A stretch of DNA of 64,000 bases from Botryllus schlosseri (lineage: Eukaryota), in NCBI GenBank assembly GCA_051294905.1, contig CM119372.1, positions 17,486,001 through 17,550,000 on the forward strand, given 5' to 3'. Of the stretch, positions 49,401 to 63,340 are shown in pieces. The position numbers and the translations under genes are program-made. Under the pieces are notes generated by a model. That model was not told the origin of the DNA and did not search any database. It saw only the letters and a list, made by a program, of their open reading frames with translations. Each line of letters starts with the position of its first letter. Positions within the stretch are counted from its first letter, which is position 1.

Positions 49401-52400
49401 TCAGACGAAGGTACTTGAAGCAGTGTTACGAAAGGCTCAGAAGCAGCATGCCCAAGCTGGGACCGAAGACTTCCCATCTGACGATACTGAGGGAAGCTAT
49501 AAAGACGGTGCAGGTAACTGTGGCATTCGTCAGATGATTATGTTCATTGATTTGATTATAAATGGTTGTGCTGCAATTGTTCTTAATATATTTCGTTTTG
49601 AGTATATCATCTTAGTGAGACAGTTCACAAGGTTTCATGAGAGGGAGAGAATATATTTATCATTGCGAATAATTTCAATGTGGATATGGATGCAGTAAGC
49701 AAAATGCAGTTCATGACGAATTGTGATGCGAAATTTGGACGAGAGTGACTCTGGATACACCAGCGTAGGGATATACGCTATGTTGTGGCCTTCAGAAAAC
49801 TTGGAAAAGAAAATCCGATCGCACCCGAGACCGGCCTCCCAAAGAGTCGCCTTCACATCAACCGATTGTTATAACAGTGGTAGAGTGTTTACGGTACAAC
49901 GCGATCGTGCCAATGTTATCGGCAGCGTTGAGCCAATGGGATCGACAATATGGTGGAACATGACGTGTACTGGCACGTCGTTAAGTAAATATGGCTTGGC
50001 CGCCAGAATACAGTTCGAGATCACTGATTCTTTCGCGCCCGCACCTGATTGCTCGCTGTGAAGGGTCCGCGGTACAGCGATCACCTGACTGACGATGGTG
50101 CCAATCATCGCGACAGTACTGGATGTCTTGAAGTACAGCGATGCACGTACCGACGTACTTTCATAATACGCAGTTACTGCACTAATCAGTAGGCAACTAG
50201 TCAATAGTCGTAGACGGCGTCACATTACACACACGCACACAGCACACTGGTTACGAGTGGTTAGCAGTGACCATTGATTTGATAATGCATTCGACATCAC
50301 TAGATAGCTGTTCGATATATGTGAAGAGAGACACCCTATGTGGCTGCAAGAATGCTCGCTTTATTCCAGCCGTCATTGAAGTTTAAATTGCGAGTGTCGA
50401 GTTGGAACTTGGAAGTGTGCTATTGTGCGTCTTCGATTGATAATGACGGTGTAATTTTGCGTTTCCTAGTGAACTTAATTGCTTCAGAATTGGAAACGCT
50501 TTTATTGAAGATAGGTCCAAATACCACACAAATTGCGATACCGTGAAAAAAGAACGACTTCGTGTAGCATGAGAATGAAGGCCTTCTCTAAAACGAATAG
50601 TCCAACATAGAGTTCCTGCTTTGAAAAAATCAGAATCTGTTGAAAGGATGTGAACTCAGGATGGATGGATCGACTGAATAAGTAGTGTGTTGTGTACCGG
50701 TCGGACGGGAAGCAAGCTGATGAAACGAAGGTTAGTCACGCGTGACTGCCAAACAAGACCTCAGACGAGGATACGCCAGCCAAATATAATAAAGCGAGAG
50801 AGACTACGGCGAGTCGTCGATGATGCCTGCGCGATATAAATGCTTAGCTACTTTCGTACACAGACGAGCGGCGTACTGCGTGCTCGTGACGCGATGCACG
50901 CGTGTCATGCGTGCGACGCGTGCCAATCACGCCTTCCGTTTGCATAGGCCTATAGGCTATAGCGCTGGTGATTAGGCCTTGTCAAGCGCGATCGATGTAA
51001 ATTTTGTACGAACGCTTGCCGCCATATTGCTCCTGTACACTGGCACACTACGCGATTATCACTGACTTCTTCGTGGAATTCGACACTTGGCGGACCCTAA
51101 TCCTGACCTGAATACTAGGGCTCTTCAAAAATGACTTTTTTTCAAATCGCACTGGCTACATGATAAAATTGTTAGGTTACCTAATTTAAGCCTACACACC
51201 AAATTTGGTTCAATTCCAACCAGTAGCCGCATTGCTACGGTAGAAGAAAGTTTATATTTATTACATGAAAATAAATAAAAAAAAAATTTGAAAATTTCCT
51301 GTTCACCCCATGAAAGTGTTAGGATGTCTATAGAAACCAAATTTGGTTCAATTCCAACCAGTGGAAGCGGATTTATCGCCGTCAAAAATTTGGATTTTGA
51401 ATAAAATAGTATTTACGGTGACCAATTCTTTAATTATTTATTTAGTGGTGCCCACCGTAAATACTATTTTATTCAAATCCAAATTTTTAGACGGCAATAA
51501 CTCCGCTTGTACTGGTTGGAATGCTACCAAATTGGGTGAACATCATTTCTATAGACAACCTAACACTTTCATGGGGTGAACAGAAAATTTTCAAATTTTT
51601 TGTAGTTTATTTTTATATAATAAATAGAAACTTTCTTCTCCCGTAGCAATGCGGCTAATGGTTGGAATTGTACCAAATTTTGTGTGTAGGCTTAAATTAG
51701 GTAATCAAACAATTTTATCAAGTAGCCAGTGCGATTTGAGAAAAAGTCATTTTTGAAGAGCCCTACTGAATACCCTTCATGCCGAGTGCCGTCGCACAAT
51801 TCACGCTCATATTCAGTGAAACATCCATATTCAAATTTACTAATACTATATTGATGTGGTACTGTTATAATAATAATAGTGATATAACTTACATTCACCA
51901 AATGCCGAATTCCTTGGAAACCCATCAGATCAGATAGGGCCAACACTTCGAGTGAGAGATCATATCATTGCATTGCTGTTAACAATAATAATAAAGTTTT
52001 AGTTTATTAAGAATTTTCATCAATTCAAAACACCACAAGACTGCGATACAATGAAAAGATAGGAAGGTGTCGATTTTTTGGCAACTTGCATTATCACCTG
52101 GTATGGATCGTTGAGCTCCAAACATGAATTATTGCTCTTTCCCGGGGAAAATTAGCACCGTCCAATTCTTTTGGATTATAATTTCACTCAATTCCCACAC
52201 TTCAACTTCACAATTAGCGGTCACAACTTGAGTGACAATCGCATGACATTATGCAAATCTTCCCTCCAGCTAAGTTGTATCTGTTCCCAAATATCAATCC
52301 CTTTGCAATAACGTACAGTCCATCCTTGACTCTGTTCAATGTATCATCCAATTATTTTAAATCTAGAATTTCAATTGTTATCTTTCAACACATTTTCTTG

Positions 52401-55400
52401 TATTTGCCAAGGTTCTGGAGCGAAGAGAGCAGATGCTGAAAAAAGAACTGGCGCATTTAACGGAGGAAAATAAGGCAAGAATGCAAAGGCTGAAGCGGGC
52501 CAAGGATGTCGGCTCGAGATATTTCGAGCCTGCGGAAATGGAGAGCATGCTACGGAAGGCTTGCGAGCAAATTCAGAAAAGTAAGAGTTTGATATTTATT
52601 GGATGATAGGTACTCGTGTACCGTAAATCGTTTAGCGCCAGTAGTTTGCCATTTATTGAACAAACAATCTTCATGTACTGTAAACCTTCTAGAACCCGTA
52701 GCGACTGCAGAATCCAGAGGTACGAATAATTCCAGCCAGAATACCTCCACGTCTCAAACTACAATGGAAAACACCACACACAAATCGCCCAGCGAATGGC
52801 CTCAAAATGGTCAAGGGTCTGTCACCGTGAATGGGTTTCTGCAAGTACCCGCAGACAGCGTGTTCCCGCCCTTGTCTTCCACTATGAATTTGGTGAATGA
52901 AGCGAGACGCCTATGTACAATGCTACCCGCGATGCGCGTACTCGCTAGTTCTGCGGTGCAGCGAAATGCTCAGCCCAACACCACCGGCAGCCAACGGAAC
53001 CATACCATGCAGCGTGCCGTGCAGTTTCCTATGCCGGTGGGACCCACAAACACTCAATTCAGACCGTATTCAAACGTGCGAGCGTACACGGGTTTTAGCA
53101 TGCCACAAGGCGGCGGCACCTTCATGCAGAGCAACCCGTTGAAAATCGTGGTCAAGCAGGTGGACAGCGCTAAGCAACAAGCAAGGGCCATAAAGCCTGG
53201 GTCCGGGTTTGCCGTTTCGAGCTCACCAGTATCGGCAGCGGCGCCAGTGCGGAATAAACAGGTGGTTACGCCTTCCAATGCCGAGTCTGAGTTTGGCGTG
53301 TTTCCGTTCAATTCTGCCGGCAGTCCGCCACTTTTGAGCGCCGGTAGTTTGCAACGTGATTCGTTCAGAAAAGGTGAGGTTTTACGGTGTTGTTGTGCCG
53401 TATCTGTTGCTTTTGGTCATGTGTGATCAATACATATTAATATTAAATATCCATTAAATAATAAATATACATATTAATGATATTGATGGCCGCGTTTCTC
53501 GATTCTGTGTGACATTGGCACCCGACAAAAATCGATATGTAGTAACCTAGTTTGTGCACGGTCATACGCAGGGTTGCTATACTGTACTTATTTCTCATAT
53601 TGGCGACGAATTTGTTTTTTCACCAACGAGGCCATGACGACCTTTTTTTGATAGTTAGCTTACCGAAAAGGTTTAAGAAAAGTGTGTTGACCTTGTTTTA
53701 GTCATAATTTCACTAATTTCGTCGTTTGTTTGGCTGTCCTTTTTTACTTATCCTTTTTAATGACCCGGGGTGTATGGATGATTTCGGTGTTCGTTTGTAT
53801 ACTTGGACTTGAACTCAACTCTTTGAGTATTCTGCCACTATCTGTAGTACCCAACATTGGTACTCAAGTAGAAGTAGAAATAACGTTAATTTCTACTCAG
53901 TAAAAGTGCGAGTAGGGGTATGTAAGTAGGTGTTATAGGCGTAAATATGAAAACCTGTTGAGTAGAAGTGGTAGTAGGCACTTAAGCACTCTGAAAAAGT
54001 AAAATTACTTGGTTACTGACCACCTCTAGCGTTTTGCTATTTCGTTCAACATCAAATAAATGAGTTTGAGAGACGGTCATCTCCAGATGAAATGTCATTG
54101 CAATGGTATAGGGAAACGTACCTGAAAGCAAACTTGTATGGCATTGATTTGGTTGAATTTCTTTATCACTGCCAGGATCTTTGGGCGGCACGGACGGACT
54201 ACTGATTGAGAGTAATCGCGCACATCGTCGTCCGCGGTCCAAGTCAGATATTGAAGATCTTTACGACGATCCTGAGGTCGGTCTTCTTCGTTTGTACACG
54301 TATATTTTAGTAGGCCTACTCTTCTGTATGCGATGCGGTGACCTGCAGCATTTGTGTGGACCGCCTATTTGTGAAGGTGCCTCGACCTGTACTCTGATCT
54401 TAGATATCCGGTTCGCAGCTCGTTCGGTCAAGTCAAATCTGACTTTTGTGTGAAAGACATCCTGCCAGAAAAACAGACCGACATGATTTTCCAAATTCAA
54501 CATTGACACGATACTCCGGCAATTACTAAACAGGTAATGTCCTATTCCAGTTGCATAGTCCTCCGCGAAAGCGAAAGAGCAACAGCTCAGCAGAGACATT
54601 CCCAGCAAAACTGCGAAAACCTGGATCTTGGAGAAAATTGCCAGGTAAATTTGCGCTGTTGAATGTGTCGTTGGACATCTCCCTACGACTCTGGTGATAT
54701 TTAGATCCCTTCTCCAAGCCAGTGCATTCCAGGCAGAACAGTGTCAAGTCGCCAGGCTATGAATCTTCTGTCAACAGTGAAAATGGTAAGATGTTCATAG
54801 TAATCGGGCCCAGTTATAGTTACGTTCCGTCCTTTAAATCTGAGCTGCCACCTTGCAATCTTACCTCAGGCAGGCACTGAGAATTATTTCACCAGTGTCG
54901 TGATACAAGTGAATGATCTAAAACCATTGTTAACATTACGACATGAATTCTCTATGTAAGTACTTGCGAGTGTGGTGGGTACGGGAGTCGAAGTGATAGA
55001 GTAAGTTGCAGAGCACACCTCCCTGAAAATTGGCTTGTGCCACCTGGTTAAGAACCACTGCACTGGTGTCAAGTATACAAAGTTCTGTTTTCACGATTGC
55101 TCAGCATAACTACATTACCATTGATGAAGAAGCGGTACATTAAACTCTTTCAAGTCGATGCTCGTCACGTTGCACGAAGGATCATTTGTCGGTGGGACCT
55201 AAATTCACTTTTGCTGAGTATAAATTCCGATTCCATCCACGGCTACTGCCAACGCCAACCGATAATATTAGATAAACGGGTAAGAGTGAGATCTGTCGAT
55301 TTTGTTATCTAGAACGGTATAAAATGGTGACGCCTTCCTCATCTGTGGGCGCTTCTGCTGGCACGCTTCCATCTGTATCGGCTCGTATTAATCCAAGCAA

Positions 55401-58400
55401 ATCGATAACGCAGGTAAGTCGTGATTCTCTTAACGATAGTGAGGTACGTTATGTGACGTAGTAAAGTTGGACGGGGCTAATTTAATAAGATTGAAATCGA
55501 AAATTCACTACAGTTCCAGGGAGTAGAAGCCCCTGCACTGTTGTTTACAGACGGCTTAGATCGTGGACTTTTTCAATTTGCAATCAGTTCCAGTCTGCTG
55601 AGATAACCCAGCGAGTAAAGGCCGCTTTTTTAGACTTTAAACTAAAAATCGCAAATTCCGTTCCATAGGCCACGGTGGATAGCGCTGTGATGTGGTAATT
55701 ATGGCAGAAACACGTTGTCAGTAATTAGAGTGTGGATTTGGGGGTTATGGGTGATGAGTGTTATGAAGCCAGAACTGATCTTCGAGTGACCGAAAACTGG
55801 CACCATACGGTATGGAAGTTTGTGATTTCAAGATACACAATCTGTAGCTTCAAGCGACTAATGGACGATTTGATATAGGGCGAATAATTTCATCAGTAGT
55901 TCGTCACCGGGGTTCCTTGGAGGTCAAGACACACTAAACTTAAACATATGATTCGTGATAAATGTCATGTTGTTGCGTTTTAACCGAACAAAACATAGGT
56001 ACTTTTTAAGGCACAGCCTCGCATATCAAGTTAGTCTCTGAAAGGGGATCGCAGAAGTCGTAGTGATTTGCAATAAATGGTCATTATGGCATTTTCATGA
56101 AATTTTGCGTAGTCATATTTTAAATGTTTTGTTCTTTTAACACTGTTGATTCACACTGCACAGTTCATAATCGAAGAAAATTCAACATGTGTCAAACAGT
56201 GTTGGGATGACTCGAGTCATGACTTGACTCGAGTCACCTTTTTCGCATGGCTTGACTTGACTCGAGTCACTTTGCTAAAATGACTCGACTTGACTTGACT
56301 CGGTGTATCAGAAATGTGGATTGACTCGTGACTCGGAGCAAAATTCACGAGTCAATTTCAAGTCATCAACTAATCGGTGTCGTTAAAAATCACTGTATCT
56401 TGCATATGTTCGGATTGTTCGCAAAACGCTGGTATAAGCCGTGAGAGCGACCAATCATTCAATGATCGTGCGTTTCACTGAGCCTCGATTGTTCTCTCAC
56501 AAATAAATTGACCGCAAACGAAGTGATCGAAGCTTACAGCTTACGTTGTTGTAATTCTAGTAGTAAAGTAATAAAATAGCAAAATGTATATTTCCGTTCT
56601 CTGTTCTTACCTTAACTAAACCTATTGTTTTATTGAAATTGACTTCGAATATAGTTTAGTCCTCAGCCATTGGCGCAGGCTCGAATTGTATCATATCTAT
56701 TTGTAAATGGGTAATATATAGAATCTTATCAATTTGTTTCTCCATTCTCTATTCCGGCTGGTAACTATAAACTGTGGCTATGCAATTACGTAGTTTAACA
56801 GCTCTACGTATATGTGAGTGGTACAGCGCCTTCGTGTGTGTATATTTAACTCTATATTCGGTCATCCGTTCGGAATCAATAAACACTCAAACTGTATTTC
56901 AGACAGCTAGCAAATTGCAATGACGTAATCATACCTCATACATACTTCGAAAAGGCAACTTGACTTGAAATGTGACTTGACTCGTGACTTGACTTGACTT
57001 GACTCGACTTGACTCGAGTCACCTCCAAAAATCGAGTGACTTGACTTGACTCGAGTCACCTCCAAAAATCGATTGACTTGACTTGACTCGAGTCAAAATG
57101 TGCAATGACTCGTGACTCGAAGGTAGTGACTTGATCCCAACACTGGTGTCAAATAAGCCACTAGGTAGTTCGAAGTTCCGGTAGTTCTAGTGTTAACACT
57201 GTTGATTCACACTGCACGGTTCATTTAGTGCACCAGTAATCTATTATAATGTACAAGATGTGTATTGCTGTAGATTTTTGTTTTTGTGGCTCACAAAAAG
57301 TTGGCGTCTCCAAAAAGGTTGCAGATTGCCGTAAGGGTTCCCCAGGCTACTAAAGTTTAAGGACCACTGAATTACATGAAAAATATTTTCCGAATTTCCG
57401 AGACGTCAATCTTCCAGGTGTGCTTCACGACGCTGAACAACACGAAACCGGCCATTCCGAAATCAATGGGCTTCCGCGAAAACCTTGGGCCGGAGTCAGA
57501 AAAATCTTCTGGCATGGACTCGACCGCCGGCGCCCGCATGCAGCCCATGATGACCGGGTTTCCCGGCGCGGCAGGCGGCATGATGCAAATGATGCCGATG
57601 CCCATGCAGCAAAATATGATACCCGTTATGATGCCCATGCTGGCGTCGCCATCGATGGGCTTTATGATGGCGCCGAAGTCCGCGGTAGCGTACACGTCGG
57701 CGTCTTCGGAACCAGCGGTCACGCAGACCACGGCGGAAGCCACGCAGGTGTGCAGGTCTAACATGCAAAATCAAACACAAGGCGTCAATGGCATGGCGCA
57801 ATTTCCTTGTATGATGCCGATGGCTTTTTCCGGCATGATGGCGTCAAACTGTTCTCCCATGATGATGCAAACGCCTATGAACGGGTTTATGCCAATGATG
57901 CCGCAAGGGCAGAACTGGGGCTTTGTAATGCCGCAAAGCATGATGATGATGCCGCCGGGCGATCGTAAATTGCAGCAGCCTAAAAGCGAATGCGACACGA
58001 AAACTAGCGTGAAAGGCGGCTCAGACTCGGATGTTAATCATACTGTGTCGGCCGGCGGCCAATCGCAGGACACGTCTGCCGTTTGGCATGATAAGGCGGT
58101 CATCGGGACGCGCGCGCCGCAGTTTCAGATGGTGCCCGCGGGATTCCCGGGTCAGAGTCAGTATATGATGCCCATGCAGGCTGGTCAGGGTGGCGGGTAT
58201 TATTTTGGCGGTGCGCCGGCGATGATGCCGACGAACGGGCAGCCGTTTGGGTATCAGATGCCGATGAATGTCATGGGTTTCCCTATGCAATTCGGAGCGG
58301 CCAGCGGTTTTCAGGGCGGGTTTACAGATCCTTCAGTACGGATGGTAAGAGATGTGAATAGTCACTTGTTTAACAATATCGCAAATTTTACGATATTTGC

Positions 58401-58474
58401 AGTGCTCGACTACGCGGCCGTCTTCGTCCGACGAAACAAAGGCGAACGTGAAAGGTGGAACGCAAGATAAATGA
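43456..58474 (+). CDS. MNT: Gene D: Max-binding protein Mnt-like bHLH-Zip transcriptional repressor (about 1,010 aa)
   Basis: N-terminal SID MSLKALIDAAQYV. bHLH-Zip ARETHNQLEKSRRRYLKQCYERLRSSMPKLGPKTSHLTILREAIKTVQVLERREQMLKKELAHLTEENKARMQRL. Exons 43456-43639, 47204-47253, 47499-47598, 47760-48041, (48801-48823, 49083-49102 tentative), 49303-49344, 49405-49513, 52412-52580, 52693-53373, 54176-54276, 54551-54644, 54705-54785, 55313-55413, 57418-58344, 58403-58474; all are phase-compatible. Confidence 0.88.
44334..45213. mobile_element. hAT MITE (CAGAGGTGGTC family) in Mnt intron 1
   Basis: TIRs cagaagtggtc / gaccacctcta; perfect TSD ttgattag. Confidence 0.85.
50730..50940. promoter_or_regulatory. 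Intronic CpG-rich cluster of CACGCG-type bHLH sites
   Basis: Palindrome agtcacgcgtgact (50734-50747), cacgcgtg (50897), catgcgtg, gacgcgtg and CCAAT (50923). Confidence 0.4.
51116..51765. mobile_element. Long-palindrome MITE (TAGGGCTCTTC family), copy 2
   Basis: Perfect TSD ctgaatac; longer than the 26022 copy because of an internal duplication. Confidence 0.95.
56197..57145. mobile_element. hAT-type MITE with GACTT/GACTCGAGTC subterminal repeats
   Basis: TIRs cagtgttgggat / atcccaacactg; perfect TSD gtgtcaaa. Confidence 0.95.
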
Positions 58475-60998
58475 TGCTGGGTAGGGTTGCTAGTCAATTC
58501 ATCATTTTGTGTATTTAGCGTTAAAAATGAGTATTATTATTGCTATGAAAGCGATGCATCAATGTTGTATTGATAAATTCAAAGATGAATATGAGCGTGA
58601 ATTGTGAATTACTGCACTTGACCGCCCCCAATCCTAACCTACTACTCTTATCGCTAACCTGAATACGATGATACGTACATACGGAGTGCCGAATTCACCA
58701 AGTGCCGTATATCACAATTCATGCTACTATGCAGTGAAATGTTAGTTTTCGAAATTAATGATACGATAATGATGCATGATAGTCATTACATTTCTAATTC
58801 CAAGATCACCAAGTGTTAAATTCAGTGGTCAGACTCGACGGAGGGATTGCCCGACATTTGAGCATGCATCACAATGAAGAACGACAGCTGAGCATGTCAC
58901 TTTATAACCCCCAAACTAACCCTAATCCTAGAATTAGCCCTACCCACATGCACAAGTGCCGCATGCTCATATGTCCGCACAAGAGTTGAAGGTCTGATAT
59001 AGACGTAGAAAGTAGTTTTGGGATGGATAAGTTGGTGTCACTTTTTTTTATGCAGTGCAGTCGTCATAAGAACCGCGTGAAATTATCATCCGCGCTAACT
59101 GCCGGATATGTTTTCGAATGTTGTACCTATCTGTAGCGTTGATAGTGAATATTTCGTCAGTTGCAAAGATGCGTCTTGCAATTTCGAAAGTCGCGACCTC
59201 TGATCAGCTGCCAAAACTACGCCAACCCGCGACCGAATCTACTCTTCAAAACTACTTCTCTGCTTTTCATACCTTCTATTTACAACTTCCGCTTGAAGTA
59301 GTTTCGACAATAATTGGAAATAACTGCTTACTCTTGACATACTCAATGACTTGAATACTGATCTGCTACTTGATTGAGTAGAAATCTACATTTACAACGT
59401 GATGTCAGCTTGCATTGCAACTTTGACCACTCCTGGATCATTGTGAAAACCTCAGAATGACTGCTACCGCCTTCCTATTCTTTGTTATCTGTCTGTGGGC
59501 TCGCCGGAGATACGTGTTGCCAATAGATGCCAGAACCACCCTTAACTTAACAAGATGGGATAATTACTAGTTGATACCCGAAAACCGCCGAAATAGGGAG
59601 TTGTAGAAGCAGTCTAATGACAACTATTAGAGTGGGCTAAGTAACGCGAGGAGACAAAAGGTACTGGACTGCTCTCAAAAAGCAGAAATTGACAGTACTT
59701 CCTTGCTTATCACCCCTGCGTACGGTTTGTGTTTGCAGTCGTTTGCTAACTTCACTGAATAATTTGTTAGGTGTACGCTTACAGAAGGATTCTTGTCTCT
59801 TCAATTATTGGCAGTCGATCATCGCGTTGCTCAGTGTATTAAACTTCAATGCGTAAGGTGCAGCAAGATCCAACCGCCTGTGTAGAATACGCAAACTTAA
59901 AATATGACTGCCAGTAATCCTAAATTTAGGATTTTACTCAATCCCATGAAGTGCCAGCGATCCTATATTTAGAATATTTTTCGAATGTGTACAGTATAGT
60001 ACGGAACTGGTTTTATCCCCTGATTACGGCTGTATTCGAGGCTACTCAATAGGCTTGTTGTAATATACAACCATTTTGTTGCGGGATGTGTTCTTTTAAA
60101 TCACATCTGTATTCAATAGGTCAACCTTTTTTGGTTTGACCACTAGGTGGCTTTTCACAAAATGAGCAGCAAAAAAAATTCATAAGATGCACAAGTTTTA
60201 CACTTATCAGCACGCCCGATTCCAGCCAAATATCCAACTAGTCGAGAATTCATTGTTTGCTGGCGTTTACTGGTAATTTCCATTATAGGCCTTAGCAGCG
60301 AAAGTAGTGCAGGACGTTGTTGTAGTTCATATTTCTCGAACGCAGACCGTTATTTGATATCAATCTCACATTATTGTTAATGCGCAGAGCTCTGTTGTTC
60401 GCATCGTTGGCATCCAATACCTTTCATAGAAACTTTGTATACTCCACTAAGAGCAACTAATGTGACGTGCATAAGAATTGGCTTAATTTCTGTATCGGCG
60501 TGGTCACGGGGTGCGAAAAACTATTGTATTTTTGATTTCAATAATGTATGATCGCCTTCATTTTGCATTTTGGTGATTTAACTGACCAACGTATAACCTT
60601 GTGCGTTTGTACCTTCTTTGTGTTTCATGTACTCACTCACCTACCTTTGTTTCTACTCTAGATCGACCCACGACTCTTTCCAAAACTTGACCGTAACGAT
60701 TCGGACCACGAAATACGACGGAAGAGCTACTGACCGTGCCCGGTGGCTGAAACCTGCACTTCTAGCTATTTAGAATTGCCCCTTCTCAGGAAATTCTTTC
60801 GCGATAGAATTCGTCGGGAATACATACATACGTTCTTACTCACTATATCGTTCATTTGCAGTTCCATGAACATGAACATTGAACATTCTACCAATAAAGT
60901 ACTTGTTTGAAGCGTCTTGTTGAACATACGTCGCGCACGTGCAATATGCAATATACGTACATTGCAATCAGCGGGCCCATACAATATATAGCCTATAC

Positions 60999-61535
60999 CA
61001 GGGGCGGGCAACATACGGCCCGCGAAGGGATTTTGACCGGCCCGCAGAGAGTTTCTACCCTCATGGTGAAATTCCATTCTGAAAGTATTGACAGATTTTA
61101 TGCGTCACAGAATAAATACAAGTTTGCCAACCACTGAAGGATGGCCATGAAACTACTGGCTCTGTTCGGGTCTACATGTATTTTCGACCATTAACATTAA
61201 CGAGACAAGGCTGCGTTCCAATACAACTGATGTTCACGTGCAGTCTTTACTAAGGGTTTCTACATACTACATGCAGCCAGAGTTCAAAGAACTATTGTTG
61301 GCAACTTTGACCAACCACACATAACTGATTGACTTCAAGAGCACTTGTTAATAAATTCATTAAATACTGATTTGGCCTCTATGCTTTAAACTTAAAGTTT
61401 ACATTAAATAAGATTTGTCCCTCGTATAGGTGGATAAATACACGATTGTATGATGTATATATTCTGTAATCCGACCCGCCAAGTACTTCATTTTCCCATA
61501 ACCGGCCCGCCGACCGAAGAAGTTGCCCGCCCCTG
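60999..61535 (+). mobile_element. Non-autonomous Charlie/SPIN-like hAT, inverted copy of 995-1551
   Basis: TIRs caggggcgggcaac / gttgcccgcccctg; TSD gcctatac/ccctatac. Confidence 0.92.
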
Positions 61536-61769
61536 CCCTATACATTATACGTGTCAGTCGGTCACAAAATCGACGGTTTATCGTGCTTTCGTGATCATTT
61601 TCATGTTGTTATATTTATTTGGTGGACAAACACGAGGTGGAAACGAGCTACTGACCAGTATAGCTAACACTAACAGTTGCTTCGCGTACTGCAGGCGTTG
61701 TAGGCTATGATATATAGTAATTCAATAGCTTCCTCTGTTATACCTGGGATGTAGTATAGGTAAGCAATC

Positions 61770-63340
61770 ATTTCAAAACACCACAAAACTGCTATACAAT
61801 GAAAAGATGGGAAGGTGTCGAAATGACTTGGAGTAGTCTTTTAAATCAGACACTCACCTGGGCCTAGGCGATGTAGAGAAGAGGCATGCACTGCACACTG
61901 AATGAAGTAAAGCAGAGAATATAAAAGGCAAGCGACAAAATGACGTGGCGTAAGGCGAGATCGATATGTTTAGGACTCAGGGGTGGCCAACCTTTTTGCC
62001 ATACACGGCCGCGTTTCGATTACTTATTCAGCCTACAGCCGCATTCCAGGGCGTAGGCTATAGCAATAAACTAACAGCTGGACGCCAAATAGGCTACCCA
62101 GTACCCATGTTAAACTGTCCAACGTGCCCAATTCCGGTGACCTCCGGTCCGGACTAATCTACTTTTTCATATCGGCTTAATATACGCACTGAAATCAGGA
62201 GTGTTCACTGTTCATTTTATGAATAGTTACTGGGATTGGTCACGGTCGCGTCAAGCGCGTACTTTTTTTAAGATTCAAGAATGATTTTCTTCATTAATAT
62301 TAGAAGTTTCACACTATCAAATATTTATCCTTTCTCAGCTGATGTGATCAGATTCACCGGTTGAATTGACGGAGGGAGTGTTTTCGAAAATTTAGAGCAG
62401 GATATATGATGATACATCTTCTGGTGACCCGATTATTTTAGTCACTTTGTTGCATGCTGTTATTTCTTGACCTCCCATCAGGATTGTCGGTCTAATGGAA
62501 AGATATTGGAATCGGCCAAACCTACGAGAATCAATTTTTTTTTCGTGAGGCGCACGCGACCCTAAGATTGTATTCCTCTGCTGTACGCATCTGTACTGCG
62601 GGGCTCAGACTACAAAGGGCGCTGTTATATTAACATCGAAAAATGAAGTTGCATTGAATCGCGCGTAGTGCGAAGAAAATTTCAAGAGAAATTAAATTCT
62701 CTCATATATTTGGCAGTCAATTCGTAAAATTCAATTTGCATGTCGACGGCCGCCAACATAAACTAATTGAATTACGTGTCCACTGTCCATGGCCGCACAA
62801 ATTACCTTCTGCGGTCACATGCGGCCGCAGGTTGCCCAGTGCCCACCCCTGTTAAGGTCGTGGTCCGGTAATCATAAGGGCTGACTATAGTATTCATTTA
62901 GAAGAAATTGCTTGTATTTCGACTTGAATGCAGACGTGCTCGACGACTGTCAGTAGCCGGCGAGATGCTATATTCCACCATTGGGATCCGGCATACTTGA
63001 CAGAGCAATGCGTTTTCTTGTATTACGTCCAGATCATGTATAGTTGTTCTTCGTGACGTGCGTATGTGGCGTAGGCTACTTGTGCGCTTTTGACTCCGAG
63101 GTGGAGTAGTCGTTGAAATTTGAGGGACAGTGACCGCACTGTAACTGATACATCAACTTGTCAATTTCTAGCTTCCTCATGTCTTCTATGTTTAACACAC
63201 CAAATCGTTTGAGAAGCGATTCATCAGCTGCGCATGCAGGCCCCCGCGGGGCTTTGGCAATGATACGGACGAACCGATGTTGTAGTTTTTGCAGTGGGTA
63301 AATCGTACGTATTCTTGCAGGTAGCACCCCCGCAAAGAAT
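61770..63340 (-). mobile_element. CR1/L2-group LINE 3' end (ORF2 C-terminus plus 3'UTR) interrupted by a hAT MITE at 61978-62851
   Basis: LQKLQHRFVRII...SLLKRFGVLNIEDMRKLEIDKLMYQ...PSNFNDY. The 3'UTR is shared with 41590-41830, about 16760-16875 and about 52020-52075. Confidence 0.85.

Noticed and set aside
49723..50204. Nested genes in the Mnt intron (112-aa and 111-aa ORFs on opposite strands)
   Set aside because: They have non-ATG starts and no recognisable motifs; higher GC explains the open frames.
57372..58290. Several overlapping and antisense ORFs over the Met-rich exon; likewise over 30023-31719 and 52897-53311
   Set aside because: They are shadow ORFs of real coding exons.
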